From the sequence record NC_028997.1: a DNA stretch of 59,802 bases; one strand, 5' to 3'. Under the pieces are notes generated by a model. It saw only the letters and a list, made by a program, of their open reading frames with translations. It did not search any database and was not told where the DNA came from. This DNA is from Enterobacteria phage JenP2. Shown here in pieces: positions 10,459 to 19,839 of this stretch (position 1 is the stretch's first letter; the number at the start of each line of letters is the position of its first letter). Both the position numbers and the translations under genes were made by a program.

Positions 10459-10469
10459 AAGGAACGATT

Positions 10470-10898
10470 ATGTCTTCAGAAAATAAACAAGTATCTACTG
10501 AAGTTGCAAAGAAAGCTGTCGGTACATCTTTCCGTGACTTTAACTTGAAAAAGAAATTAGAAAACGCTCCGCTGCTGCATTACCCGCTTGTTTTTCCAGG
10601 ACAGGGCGATACAGGTCACTGGTTGAAAATTCGCAACCGCCATAGCGAAGAATTCCGTCAAGCAGATCTAAAAGCACAACGTCAGATTAGTGCGCTTGTC
10701 GTTGCTAATGGATCTTTTGAAAAGATTGATAAAGACATGCTTGATGATATCAATATGCGAGCGTTCTGTAAACTGGTTGCTTCGTGGAGCTTCGAAGAAG
10801 AATGCAACGAAGACAATCTTATTGAATTCTTTAATAATAACCCGTTTGCATATGACGACATTAATCGTCTGGCAGCGCAAGATTCCCTTTTTTTCTAA
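10470..10898 (+). CDS. tail assembly chaperone (G-like)
   Basis: 142 aa between major tail protein and tape measure; ends at a T-TTT-TTC slippery heptamer. Confidence 0.6.
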   Translation: MSSENKQVSTEVAKKAVGTSFRDFNLKKKLENAPLLHYPLVFPGQGDTGHWLKIRNRHSEEFRQADLKAQRQISALVVANGSFEKIDKDMLDDINMRAFCKLVASWSFEEECNEDNLIEFFNNNPFAYDDINRLAAQDSLFF

Positions 10899-11281
10899 GA
10901 TCCCGCGAAAAGTTAATTGATCACTTACTGCTCGAATGGCAATTGCACAGTTGTCCAGCGGGCAGTAAGACTCCAACAATTAAGCATCTCCAGCACGTTA
11001 AAAAAGTCACTGGTAAGACTCCCTCCTTACTAGCAAAGTACGAATCCAGCTCCGTACCGCACGAACTCAGATACATTTACAAGCTATTTCTTGACTTTTA
11101 TAATGGTGATAAATTCAGTTACAGCGAATTTAACGCCTGGCAAGAATACATAGGTGTAGAACTTGAGTTTAGAGAACGTGAATTAATTCGACAGATTTGC
11201 CTTGAAAGACAAGCGTTTGATATTAGACGTCAACAAGAACTCATAAATCACGCTCAAGTAAATAATAAAGGAGGTAAATAA
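10470..11281 (+). CDS. tail assembly chaperone frameshift product (GT-like), predicted -1 frameshift near 10889-10895
   Basis: The -1 frame is open from the slippery site T_TTT_TTC (10889-10895) to the stop at 11281 and coincides with the frame of track ORF 10943..11281; conserved G/GT arrangement of siphoviruses. Confidence 0.5.
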
Positions 11282-14200
11282 TGGCTGATGCAGCTGACAT
11301 CGTCATTAGAGTTCGTGCTGAAGGTATCCAGAATGCGGAAACAGCACTGCGACGCTTGCAAGCGGCAGGTGTAAGAGTTGAGACTGTCAGCTCGCGTATG
11401 GAAAATGGTTTTCAACGTGCAGCTACAAGTGCTGACGCATTCCATCAAGCCATTAGTGCAATTTATACGGTAATGACTGTAACCACACTGACGTCGTATG
11501 TCGGTGGGCTTGCTAAGTTATCAGATGCGTGGCTGGACGTTACTAACAAACTGGCTAACGCCAACTCTGCAAACGAGCAGATGGTTGATATTCAAGAGCG
11601 AGTATTTGGTATCGCTCAAAGAACTCGTACGAGCCTGGAAGCTACGTCAACTCTTTATGCTCGTATGGAACGTTCACTGAACCAGTACGGCGTAACTGGT
11701 AAACAGGTCGCTCAGATCACTGAAACAATTAACAAAGCGATGATTGTTTCTGGTGCGACCACTGCGGAATCCACTGCTGCTATTATCCAGTTCTCACAGG
11801 GTCTACAATCTGGTGTATTACGTGGGGATGAATTCCGTTCAGTAATGGAACAAGCTCCGCGTCTCGGTAAGATGATTGCAGATGGTCTTGGTGTTGGTAC
11901 TGCTGGTCTTCGCCAGATGGCTAACACTGGGCAGTTAACCGCTGACGTAGTCATTAACTCCATTTCTAAAGCTGCATCCACCATTGACGATGAGTTTGGT
12001 CGTACGATACCAACGTTCTCGCAGCGTATGGAGATCGCGAACAACAACTTAATTAAATTCGCGGGAACGTCAACCTCAGTACAAACTGTGGTCAATTCCA
12101 TGGGTGCTGTGATCGAAACTGCTACAGAGCACCTTACCTTGCTGTCAAATACGGCAATCGGTGTTGCTGCTATTGTCGGCGGTCGAATGATCACTGCTTT
12201 AGGTGCGCAGATTGCAGCATTCATAAAGCTCAATGCAATACAAGCAAGTAGCTCAGCTATAAACATTAAGACTATTGATGGTATCACACGATCCGCAGTA
12301 GCTCGCTATAACGAAGCACAAGCAACTTTAGCACAGGTTGCAGCCGAGCGCACAAAGATTCAGGCAGCATTGCAAGCCAACCAAACGTATTATAAAGGTA
12401 TAGCGACACTCAACGCATACATGCAGAATACGCGGCAGGTGCGCGAAGCTACGGAAGCGGTTGCTATTGCCCAGACTACCATGCAGGCGCGTATGGCTGC
12501 CGCGACTGTAGCGTCCCGTGTGCTTACTGTCACCATGACTGGTCTGCGGACGGTAATGGGACTGATGGGTGGACCTGTAGGTGTGGTCACATTGGCCGCT
12601 GCCGCATGGTTCATGTGGAGTCAAAACAGTAAACAAGCTGTTCAAGACGCACAGAATCTTGCATCTTCTCAGGAAGATTTAAAGAATAAGTTAAAAGAAA
12701 CAACTCTTGAACAGCAGAGAGCTCTTAGTGTTCAGTTGCAACGTGCCGCTATCACGTTGGATGAACAGATTGCTGCTGAAAATACAGAGCTGGCTGAATT
12801 AAAGAACCGTCTTAGCACTGTAACGCGCTATCAAGCTGAAGCAACTGAAGGTACTAGTGAGTATAACCGTCTCACTAAAGACCGTAAGGAGTTAGAAGGT
12901 GATATTGCAATCAAGATTGGTGAAATATCCGCTCTTGAGCAGAAAGCACAGCAAATTAAATCTAACTTAACGACCGTACTGAACAATTTAACTGCTGCTG
13001 TAATGGGTCATACCACTGCATTGAAGGCGGAAAATGAACAGTTAAATATTAATATCAGTTCTGCTGCTGGTCGTTCACAAGAGCTTGTGAGTGCAATACA
13101 GGCCCAGAATAACGAGCTTGATGTTGCCCAGTTAAAAATGTCTGGTCAGGCAAGGCAGGCGAGTATCTTAAAAGACGCTCAAACTGCTCTTGGTAAGAAG
13201 TATAAAGAAAACGAAGCGTTTATCAAGAATTATATTAGCGGTCATGCTGATGCAACTGCTGTATTAACCGATGAGCAGAGAGGACTAGTAGAGTTTATCA
13301 ACTTGTCTGGAAAGAACTATGACGTTCAGAAGAAGTTACATGACCAGCAAGAAAAGGAACGTCAAGGTAAACGTGACAATAAAGCTGCGGTACGTTACGC
13401 CGAGCAATGGGATAAGGCGTATGAGCGTGTCGAAGCTCGTGGTGCGACAGGCCTACAACGTCTTAATTTACAGCAAGAAGCAGAAGTTCGTGCTATCCGT
13501 GATAAAGCTGAGAAAGCTAAAGCATCAGAAGAACAATTACAAAATGCACTACTTGCTATTCAGCGCAAATATGATTTAAAACGTGCAGAACTGGCAGAGC
13601 AGTATAAACCAGGCGTTGCAATGGTGCGTTCTTATAAGGAAGCGCAGCAAGAGATAAATCAGCTACTCGAAGAGGGGTTGTTGACAGAAGAGCAAGCGTA
13701 TGTTGCTAGATTAAATCTTCAGGCTGATTATTATACAAAACGTTCTCAAATGCAATCCGAGCTGAACCCTGCTGGTCAAGCGAAAGATGAAGAAGCCGCT
13801 AAACTTGCAGAACTGAAGGCTCAATATGAAACAGCCATAGAATTGGCTGAGGGCAATGAAGAACAGCTAACAGCCATCAAGGAGAATTATGAGCGTAAAC
13901 GTTATGAGATTCAATTAAAATATGCCGAACGGCAAATGATGGCACAGAACCAGACTGCGATGTCCTACATTGAAAGTCTAAGTTCTATAGCTGGTTCAAT
14001 GACCACAATTATGCAAGCTGCTGGAGATGAGTCTTCCACGACTTACAAGGCCATGTTTGCAATGTCTAAAGCCTTTAACATTGCGCAAGCGTCTTTGAGT
14101 TTATCTAGTGCTCTCGCTCAGGTATTAGCGGATCCGACTGCTGTTACTCCAGCCCAGAAATTAGCTAACTATGCAACTATTGCAGCGGCCGGTGCAAGTT

Positions 14201-14541
14201 TAATATCCGCAATCAGTAGTGCCACTTTGACAGGTATGGCACATGATGGTATTTCCAATGTGCCATCAGAGGGCACATGGTTGCTTAATAAAGGTGAACG
14301 TGTATTAAGTCCTCAACAGAACGCAGATTTGACATCATTTATGAGGCAACAATCTCAGGGTGGGACAAATTCAAGCGGCAATGTTACCATACAGCAACAT
14401 ATCATAGTTCAAGGTAATGGAGACGCTGCTCTGAAACAAGCAATGCAGCAAGCGGCTCGAGATGGTGCAGAACAAGGTTATAACAAAGTTCTGCAAGATT
14501 TCGCAAATCGTGGTTCTATTAGGAAAGTGGCTTTGGGGTAA
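11281..14541 (+). CDS. tape measure protein
   Basis: 1086 aa; long Ala/Gln-rich coiled-coil regions and hydrophobic segments; canonical position after G/GT. Confidence 0.85.
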   Translation: MADAADIVIRVRAEGIQNAETALRRLQAAGVRVETVSSRMENGFQRAATSADAFHQAISAIYTVMTVTTLTSYVGGLAKLSDAWLDVTNKLANANSANEQMVDIQERVFGIAQRTRTSLEATSTLYARMERSLNQYGVTGKQVAQITETINKAMIVSGATTAESTAAIIQFSQGLQSGVLRGDEFRSVMEQAPRLGKMIADGLGVGTAGLRQMANTGQLTADVVINSISKAASTIDDEFGRTIPTFSQRMEIANNNLIKFAGTSTSVQTVVNSMGAVIETATEHLTLLSNTAIGVAAIVGGRMITALGAQIAAFIKLNAIQASSSAINIKTIDGITRSAVARYNEAQATLAQVAAERTKIQAALQANQTYYKGIATLNAYMQNTRQVREATEAVAIAQTTMQARMAAATVASRVLTVTMTGLRTVMGLMGGPVGVVTLAAAAWFMWSQNSKQAVQDAQNLASSQEDLKNKLKETTLEQQRALSVQLQRAAITLDEQIAAENTELAELKNRLSTVTRYQAEATEGTSEYNRLTKDRKELEGDIAIKIGEISALEQKAQQIKSNLTTVLNNLTAAVMGHTTALKAENEQLNINISSAAGRSQELVSAIQAQNNELDVAQLKMSGQARQASILKDAQTALGKKYKENEAFIKNYISGHADATAVLTDEQRGLVEFINLSGKNYDVQKKLHDQQEKERQGKRDNKAAVRYAEQWDKAYERVEARGATGLQRLNLQQEAEVRAIRDKAEKAKASEEQLQNALLAIQRKYDLKRAELAEQYKPGVAMVRSYKEAQQEINQLLEEGLLTEEQAYVARLNLQADYYTKRSQMQSELNPAGQAKDEEAAKLAELKAQYETAIELAEGNEEQLTAIKENYERKRYEIQLKYAERQMMAQNQTAMSYIESLSSIAGSMTTIMQAAGDESSTTYKAMFAMSKAFNIAQASLSLSSALAQVLADPTAVTPAQKLANYATIAAAGASLISAISSATLTGMAHDGISNVPSEGTWLLNKGERVLSPQQNADLTSFMRQQSQGGTNSSGNVTIQQHIIVQGNGDAALKQAMQQAARDGAEQGYNKVLQDFANRGSIRKVALG

Positions 14542-14544
14542 TAA

Positions 14545-15135
14545 ATGGCAATATTAACGTGGCCTGAAGCATTAAGACCGTCAAATATGGAGTGGAAATT
14601 AACGTCTAACTCCAAGGAATTTACAAGCCCCTTCACTGGGGCTTCACAAGTTGTATCCTGGCCAGGATCTAGATGGTCTATGAGCTTAAAATTTGAGAAT
14701 TTGGATGACTGGGAATCTAGGAAACTCGAAGTGCTCATTGCTAAACTGGACGGCATGGCTGGTATGATCAAAGTCGGAGACTTTGGTCGATGGGGAAGAC
14801 CTCCATTTGGAAAACCAGTTGTAAAAGGTTCGAATAATACTGGAACAGAATTACCTACTCGTGGTTGGGATGCTAACAGACTCGTGCTAAAAGAAGGTGA
14901 TTATATTACAGTCAATGATGAACTTAAATTAGTAACGGAAGACGTGTGGAGCGATGCTCAAGGTTTAGCGACAATAAAAATCTCACCGTTATTAAGAGAG
15001 ATGCCACCGGATGGTGCGACAATTGAAACTCAGAATCCATATGGTATATTCAGACTGAGTAGCAATGAAAACAGCGTAACAAGAGCTCCAGCGTTCAACA
15101 ATACAATTAACCTAGAGTTCAAGGAGACATTTTAA
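14545..15135 (+). CDS. minor tail protein
   Basis: 196 aa immediately after the tape measure, co-oriented and tightly packed. Confidence 0.5.
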   Translation: MAILTWPEALRPSNMEWKLTSNSKEFTSPFTGASQVVSWPGSRWSMSLKFENLDDWESRKLEVLIAKLDGMAGMIKVGDFGRWGRPPFGKPVVKGSNNTGTELPTRGWDANRLVLKEGDYITVNDELKLVTEDVWSDAQGLATIKISPLLREMPPDGATIETQNPYGIFRLSSNENSVTRAPAFNNTINLEFKETF

Positions 15136-15719
15136 TGATATTTAGCCCATTCAGTGAATCCGTGATGGACGCGATGGACAAAGATGTGGTTACTATGGTG
15201 CTCGCTGTAGCAATTTATTTCGATAGTGGTACAACTAGAGTTCATTCTGGTACTGGCACTATTGTAATAGATGGTCAAACATTTCTTGGTGTTGGTACAT
15301 TGGGTCAAGTGGGTAGTGTTACAGAAGAAAATACTACCAGCTCTAGCACAATGAGCCTTACATTAAGTGGGCTTGATATGACGCTTGTTGGTCAGACACT
15401 TAACGAAAATTGTATAGGTTCCAACGTGACAGTTTATGTTGGTGTGATGAACGAGCAAGGTCAAGTGGTAAGTGCTAACGTTCTGTTCGAAGGTTTTATA
15501 AGTGACACCGCAATGCAAGCGGGAAACACTAATGCAATATCCTATGTTGTGTCAAACGTGTTTGAAAAATGGTCGACAGGATTACCGGATCGTTATACAG
15601 ATGAAAGTCAACAACGATTACATCCAGGGGATCGCTTCTTCAGATATGTTGCACAGATGGCTGAACGTTCTATTTATTGGGGAAATAAAAAAGACGCTCC
15701 GGGGTTCCATTATGAATAA
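15135..15719 (+). CDS. minor tail protein
   Basis: 194 aa; start overlaps the upstream stop. Confidence 0.5.
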   Translation: MIFSPFSESVMDAMDKDVVTMVLAVAIYFDSGTTRVHSGTGTIVIDGQTFLGVGTLGQVGSVTEENTTSSSTMSLTLSGLDMTLVGQTLNENCIGSNVTVYVGVMNEQGQVVSANVLFEGFISDTAMQAGNTNAISYVVSNVFEKWSTGLPDRYTDESQQRLHPGDRFFRYVAQMAERSIYWGNKKDAPGFHYE

Positions 15720-16128
15720 GACACCAGGCTGGCAGACAAGATTGTTGACCACAGTTAAACAGCTCGAGGCAGTTCCTTTTGAATGGGGACAGAATGATTG
15801 TTGCATCTTTGCGGCTAAATGTATTGACGCTCAATATGGTACTGCAATTAGTCAAGATGTTATTGGTAAGTACAATAGTGAAATCAGCTGCAAACGCTTT
15901 ATGATTAGTCGAGTAAAAGACACGTCCTTACCTAAAGTGTTGGATTCCTTTTTACCAGTGCGAGTAGACCCAAGATTAGCTCAGAGGGGTGATGTTGTCA
16001 TGTTTAATACGGACAATGGATTGACAGCCGGTGTATTGTGGACTGGTTGCGTTTGGGCTATGGGCCCGAGTGGGGTCACTACATTTAAGCGTGCCGACAT
16101 AAAATTAATTGACGCATGGAGGGTTTAA
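15712..16128 (+). CDS. putative tail assembly protein (NlpC/P60-like Cys motif)
   Basis: 139 aa from the ATG at 15712 (ATGA overlap with the upstream stop); QNDCCIF motif with a downstream His; position equivalent to lambda K. Confidence 0.4.
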   Translation: MNKTPGWQTRLLTTVKQLEAVPFEWGQNDCCIFAAKCIDAQYGTAISQDVIGKYNSEISCKRFMISRVKDTSLPKVLDSFLPVRVDPRLAQRGDVVMFNTDNGLTAGVLWTGCVWAMGPSGVTTFKRADIKLIDAWRV

Positions 16129-16129
16129 T

Positions 16130-18754
16130 ATGCCACCAGCAATAATTGGAGCCGTTGTAGCTGTCGGTGCCGCTGTAGCTGGAGCCATAGGTGTTATCCC
16201 AGCTACAGTGGCACTTGTTGTGACTATTGCCGCTAGTACTGCTGGCGCATTATTGACTAAACCTAAGAGCTATGACTTTGGTGCTTATACACCTCAGAGT
16301 GAACGTAAACAAGTTATCCGAGCTGCCGCTGCTGCAAGAACAGTTATATATGGGACTACAGTATCTAGTGGTGTTCTTGTATTCGCTGAGGAAGAACCGG
16401 GAGAACAGGACGAAAACGAAAGGTTGACTCTTGTTGTCGCGTTAGCTGGCCATGAACTGACTGAAGTAGGGCAAGTGTGGTTAGGTGACGACACAATTGA
16501 AAGCTACGCTGAAAATGCAGAATACGAAGTCTTTAATAATCCGACAAAAGTAAGCCAGAAGATGTTGAAATCATGTCCTTCATGGAAAGAGGATATGATT
16601 GGTAAAGGTATTTGCTGGTTAAGATTAAGTTTAAAATTTGATTCTGAAAAATTCCCGTCTGGTTTACCTAACGTTAAATGCCTTAAGAAAGGTCGAAAGG
16701 TATTGGATCCAAGATCTAAACAGATGGTGTTCACAGCTAATGCCGCTCTTATTATCTTAGATTACCTTCGTGTGTATTTAAAAAGAACGGATGATCAAAT
16801 CTACTGGGACCAGTTTATTGAAGCTGCAAACATTTGCGACGAATATGTTGAAAACGTAGATGGATCATCTGAGCACCGATACACCATTAACGGAGAATTT
16901 GATATAGATGAAGCTCCAGCTAAAGTCTTGGAAGACATGTTGGATGCTTGTGGCGGAGAATTGACCTACATTGGTGGTAAGCACGGGATCCTAGTTGGTG
17001 CATATTATGGCCCTCCACAACACGTATTAGACGAGAGTTGTATTGCAGGTGATATTAAAATTACACCTGAAACTTCGTTCAAGGATCGCACAAACACTAT
17101 CACTGGTAAATATGTAGATCCACAACAGAATTATCAAGAAGCTGACTTCCCATCTGTTAGCATCAAAGAATACGTTGATGCAGATGGGCAAGAAATTACG
17201 GAAGATTACGACTATCGCTTTGTCACAAGTCCATACCAAGCTCAACGCCTTGCAACATTGACGCTACGTCGTAAACGTATCGGTCGCTCTATGGAAATAC
17301 CATGTAACATGAAAGGTTACAAGTTCCGTCCCGGAATGTACATATACGTTACAATTAAACAACTCGGAATTGAAAGAGTTGAAATGCGTGTCACTCAATG
17401 GCAGTTTGATCCACAAGGTGGCGTAACTCTGACCTTGCGACAAGACTTCGCGGAGTTGTGGGATGACGCAGTTGGTAAACCTGTAGAAAGACCAGACCTA
17501 GTTGAATTACCTACTGGTGGAGCTGTTCAACCGCAAAATCTGAAATACGAAGTTCTTGAAATTAGCGACGTAGTGCAGGGTGTTTTATCGTGGCAGAATA
17601 TTGGCGCTGTAGCCTATAACAGCGTGGTTATTAAGAAAGGTGGTGTAACCGTATTGACAGTGCAAGTACCGGGGCAGAGCACGCGGCTTACTGGGCTTAT
17701 TCGGGGTACTTATACCGCACATGTGAAAGCTACTGCTTACACTGGTGCAACTAGCCCCGAAGGTTACTTGGAATTTAATATTCAAGCACCTTCGACCCCA
17801 TCTTCAGTAGAAGTAACTCAAGGTTATTTTTCAATAACTTTAAAACCAAAATCTGCAGATTTAGCTAATGTTAGTACACAGTATGATTTCTGGACTTCTG
17901 GTGAAACGAGACTTCCATCTGCTGCTGTAGATATTGTAGAAAAACAAGCGACTCGTGCTGGTATGGGTACAACATGGACTTCGGAAGGGTTGCTCAATGA
18001 CCACACTTATTACTGGTACGTGCGAGCAATTAATGCGTTCGGTTCATCAGCATTCATAGAAGTAGCTGCAAAATGCTTTACTGATGCTGCTGGTCTTATT
18101 CCTCAGATTGACAAGGAATTCAAAGGTACAAACACTTATAAAGAGTTAATGTCTGAGATTGAAGGTGTCAGTGACGGGATTACATCTGTCAACGAAAGCC
18201 TTGTAGACGCGGAAAAGAGACTCAGCCAGAGTATTAATAGCGTCCAGGAGACTGTGGATGGTGTTAGTGCAACTGTGCAGGAAGTCAGTAAAGCTGTCGT
18301 AGATTTAGAAGGTAACGTTAACGCCCAATGGGGTGCTAAAGTTCAAGTTGACAACAAAGGTCAGAAATATGTTGCTGGTATCCAATTAGGTTTAGAGGGT
18401 TCCGGTGGAGCTGTTCAATCTTACTTCATGGTAAGCGCAAACAACTTTGCTGTATATAATCCCACTAACAGTACCGCTGATCTTGCATTTGCTGTCAAAA
18501 ACGGTCAGGTGTATATGAAGGCAACGTTTATTGAGAACGGTTCCATTGATAACGCTAAGATCGGTAACTATATTCAATCGAATAACTTCTCTGCTGGCTA
18601 CAGCGGATGGAGATTAAGTAAAGATGGTACATTTGAAAACTACGGAACTCCTACAAGTGAAGGTGCAATGAAGTTGACTAATAGCACGATCAGCGTAAAA
18701 GATTCCAATGGTGTACTCCGTGTACAAATAGGTCGTATAACAGGATCTTGGTAA
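16130..18754 (+). CDS. central tail fibre / host specificity protein (lambda J-like)
   Basis: GGAGGG SD before the ATG at 16130; clear resemblance to recalled lambda gpJ segments ([22 protein letters not shown] vs J [34 protein letters not shown]...[13 protein letters not shown] vs J HYVAGIGLSMED...FLVAANRIAFIDP); hydrophobic N-terminal segment. Confidence 0.8.
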   Translation: [874 protein letters not shown]

Positions 18755-18757
18755 TTT

Positions 18758-18786
18758 AAATGTGCACACATTATGTGTGCACATTT
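18758..18786. terminator. bidirectional terminator (perfect palindrome)
   Basis: AAATGTGCACACAT-T-ATGTGTGCACATTT, 14-bp arms, lying between convergent genes (J-like ends 18754 on +, minus-strand ORF ends 18789). Confidence 0.6.
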
Positions 18787-18788
18787 AT

Positions 18789-19403
18789 CTAGTCATATTT
18801 TGATGTGTTAATAACTAGAACCGTTCTTGAATAAATCTTTTTAATATCTCGTGTAATATTTCCGGAATACCACTGTCCGTTATATATTTCATTTCCAGTC
18901 GCACCGGTCATTGTCACATAAGTAGGCCTGTCATAGTCGGTACGTCTGTAATTATACACTCCAACCATAGCAGGCATTATTGCACACGGATAACCCATGT
19001 TTATTGTAAATTGCGGGTCGGAAATATTAACAAGTTGCGCATCCAAAGGCATCATCTCGCCATGATATACCATCTGACCGGATCTGTTATAAAAAGCAAC
19101 ACCATATCCAGAATGTGGTAACACCATATCAGAAAATGCGTAAACTGTTATGACACCTGGACTACCGTTAACTTGGTGCAATCTTAATGCGTTGTAGCCG
19201 TTCCTTTGTTCGTGCATAAACATCATGTTCGCCTTTGCACCACTTTTTATGAAGAAGAAACATGATTTGTTTGAAGGTATGGATGTTGTAAAAACAGAGT
19301 CCTTTGAAGTTCCCATCGTACCTTTATTAATTAAGTTCTGAGGTGTGAATTCAGGGCTCAACCACACATTTCCATTCGGTTGAGCAATAGACATCCCATA
19401 CAT
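18789..19403 (-). CDS. hypothetical protein (opposite-strand insert in tail module)
   Basis: 204 aa from the ATG at 19403 (GGGGG SD 6 nt upstream); beta-rich; shares a YG(V/F)A(F/V)YN(R/S) motif with the upstream ORF. Confidence 0.5.
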   Translation of the reverse strand: MYGMSIAQPNGNVWLSPEFTPQNLINKGTMGTSKDSVFTTSIPSNKSCFFFIKSGAKANMMFMHEQRNGYNALRLHQVNGSPGVITVYAFSDMVLPHSGYGVAFYNRSGQMVYHGEMMPLDAQLVNISDPQFTINMGYPCAIMPAMVGVYNYRRTDYDRPTYVTMTGATGNEIYNGQWYSGNITRDIKKIYSRTVLVINTSKYD

Positions 19404-19405
19404 AA

Positions 19406-19687
19406 TTACCCCCAATAAGTATAAATATAAGATCCAAGGCCCGTATATAAATTCGACCAACTAATTGTATTACCACTAATTACAACAGACGGAACTGGTA
19501 AGTCTATATAGTTATCGTTGTTAAAAGGAAATATAGACCAAACAGCCTTTAATGTCTTTCCAGGTGGTGGACTGTCGTATGTCTTAGAACCAGAAGATGT
19601 TGTGAATTTATCCAAAAAGAAGATTGGAGTTAAAATACCAGTGACATCTACACCTTTAGAATTGTATACAGCAAAACCGTATTTCAT
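19406..19687 (-). CDS. hypothetical protein (opposite-strand insert in tail module)
   Basis: 93 aa; stop lies 2 nt before the start of the downstream ORF; different frame from it. Confidence 0.5.
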   Translation of the reverse strand: MKYGFAVYNSKGVDVTGILTPIFFLDKFTTSSGSKTYDSPPPGKTLKAVWSIFPFNNDNYIDLPVPSVVISGNTISWSNLYTGLGSYIYTYWG

Positions 19688-19774
19688 TTATCACTCCAAT
19701 AATCAAATGTTCAAATCTAATACTAGAATAAAGCTATTACACATTTATATTATATACCTAATGCACATCTGAAT

Positions 19775-19803
19775 ACTTGTTATTACACCTGTTTAATTTT
19801 AAT
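19775..19803 (+). promoter_or_regulatory. candidate sigma70-type promoter for the side tail fibre operon
   Basis: TTGTTA - 17 bp - TAATAT in an AT-rich divergent intergenic region about 40 bp upstream of the 19840 start. Confidence 0.4.
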
Positions 19804-19839
19804 ATATGTATCTAGTATTCTCAATGTAAAGAGGCGAAC

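Noticed and set aside
11712-12287. 191-aa minus-strand ORF inside the tape measure gene
   Set aside because: It lies entirely within a well-supported 1086-aa plus-strand gene and looks like an antisense frame of the Ala/Gln-rich coding sequence; no start context.
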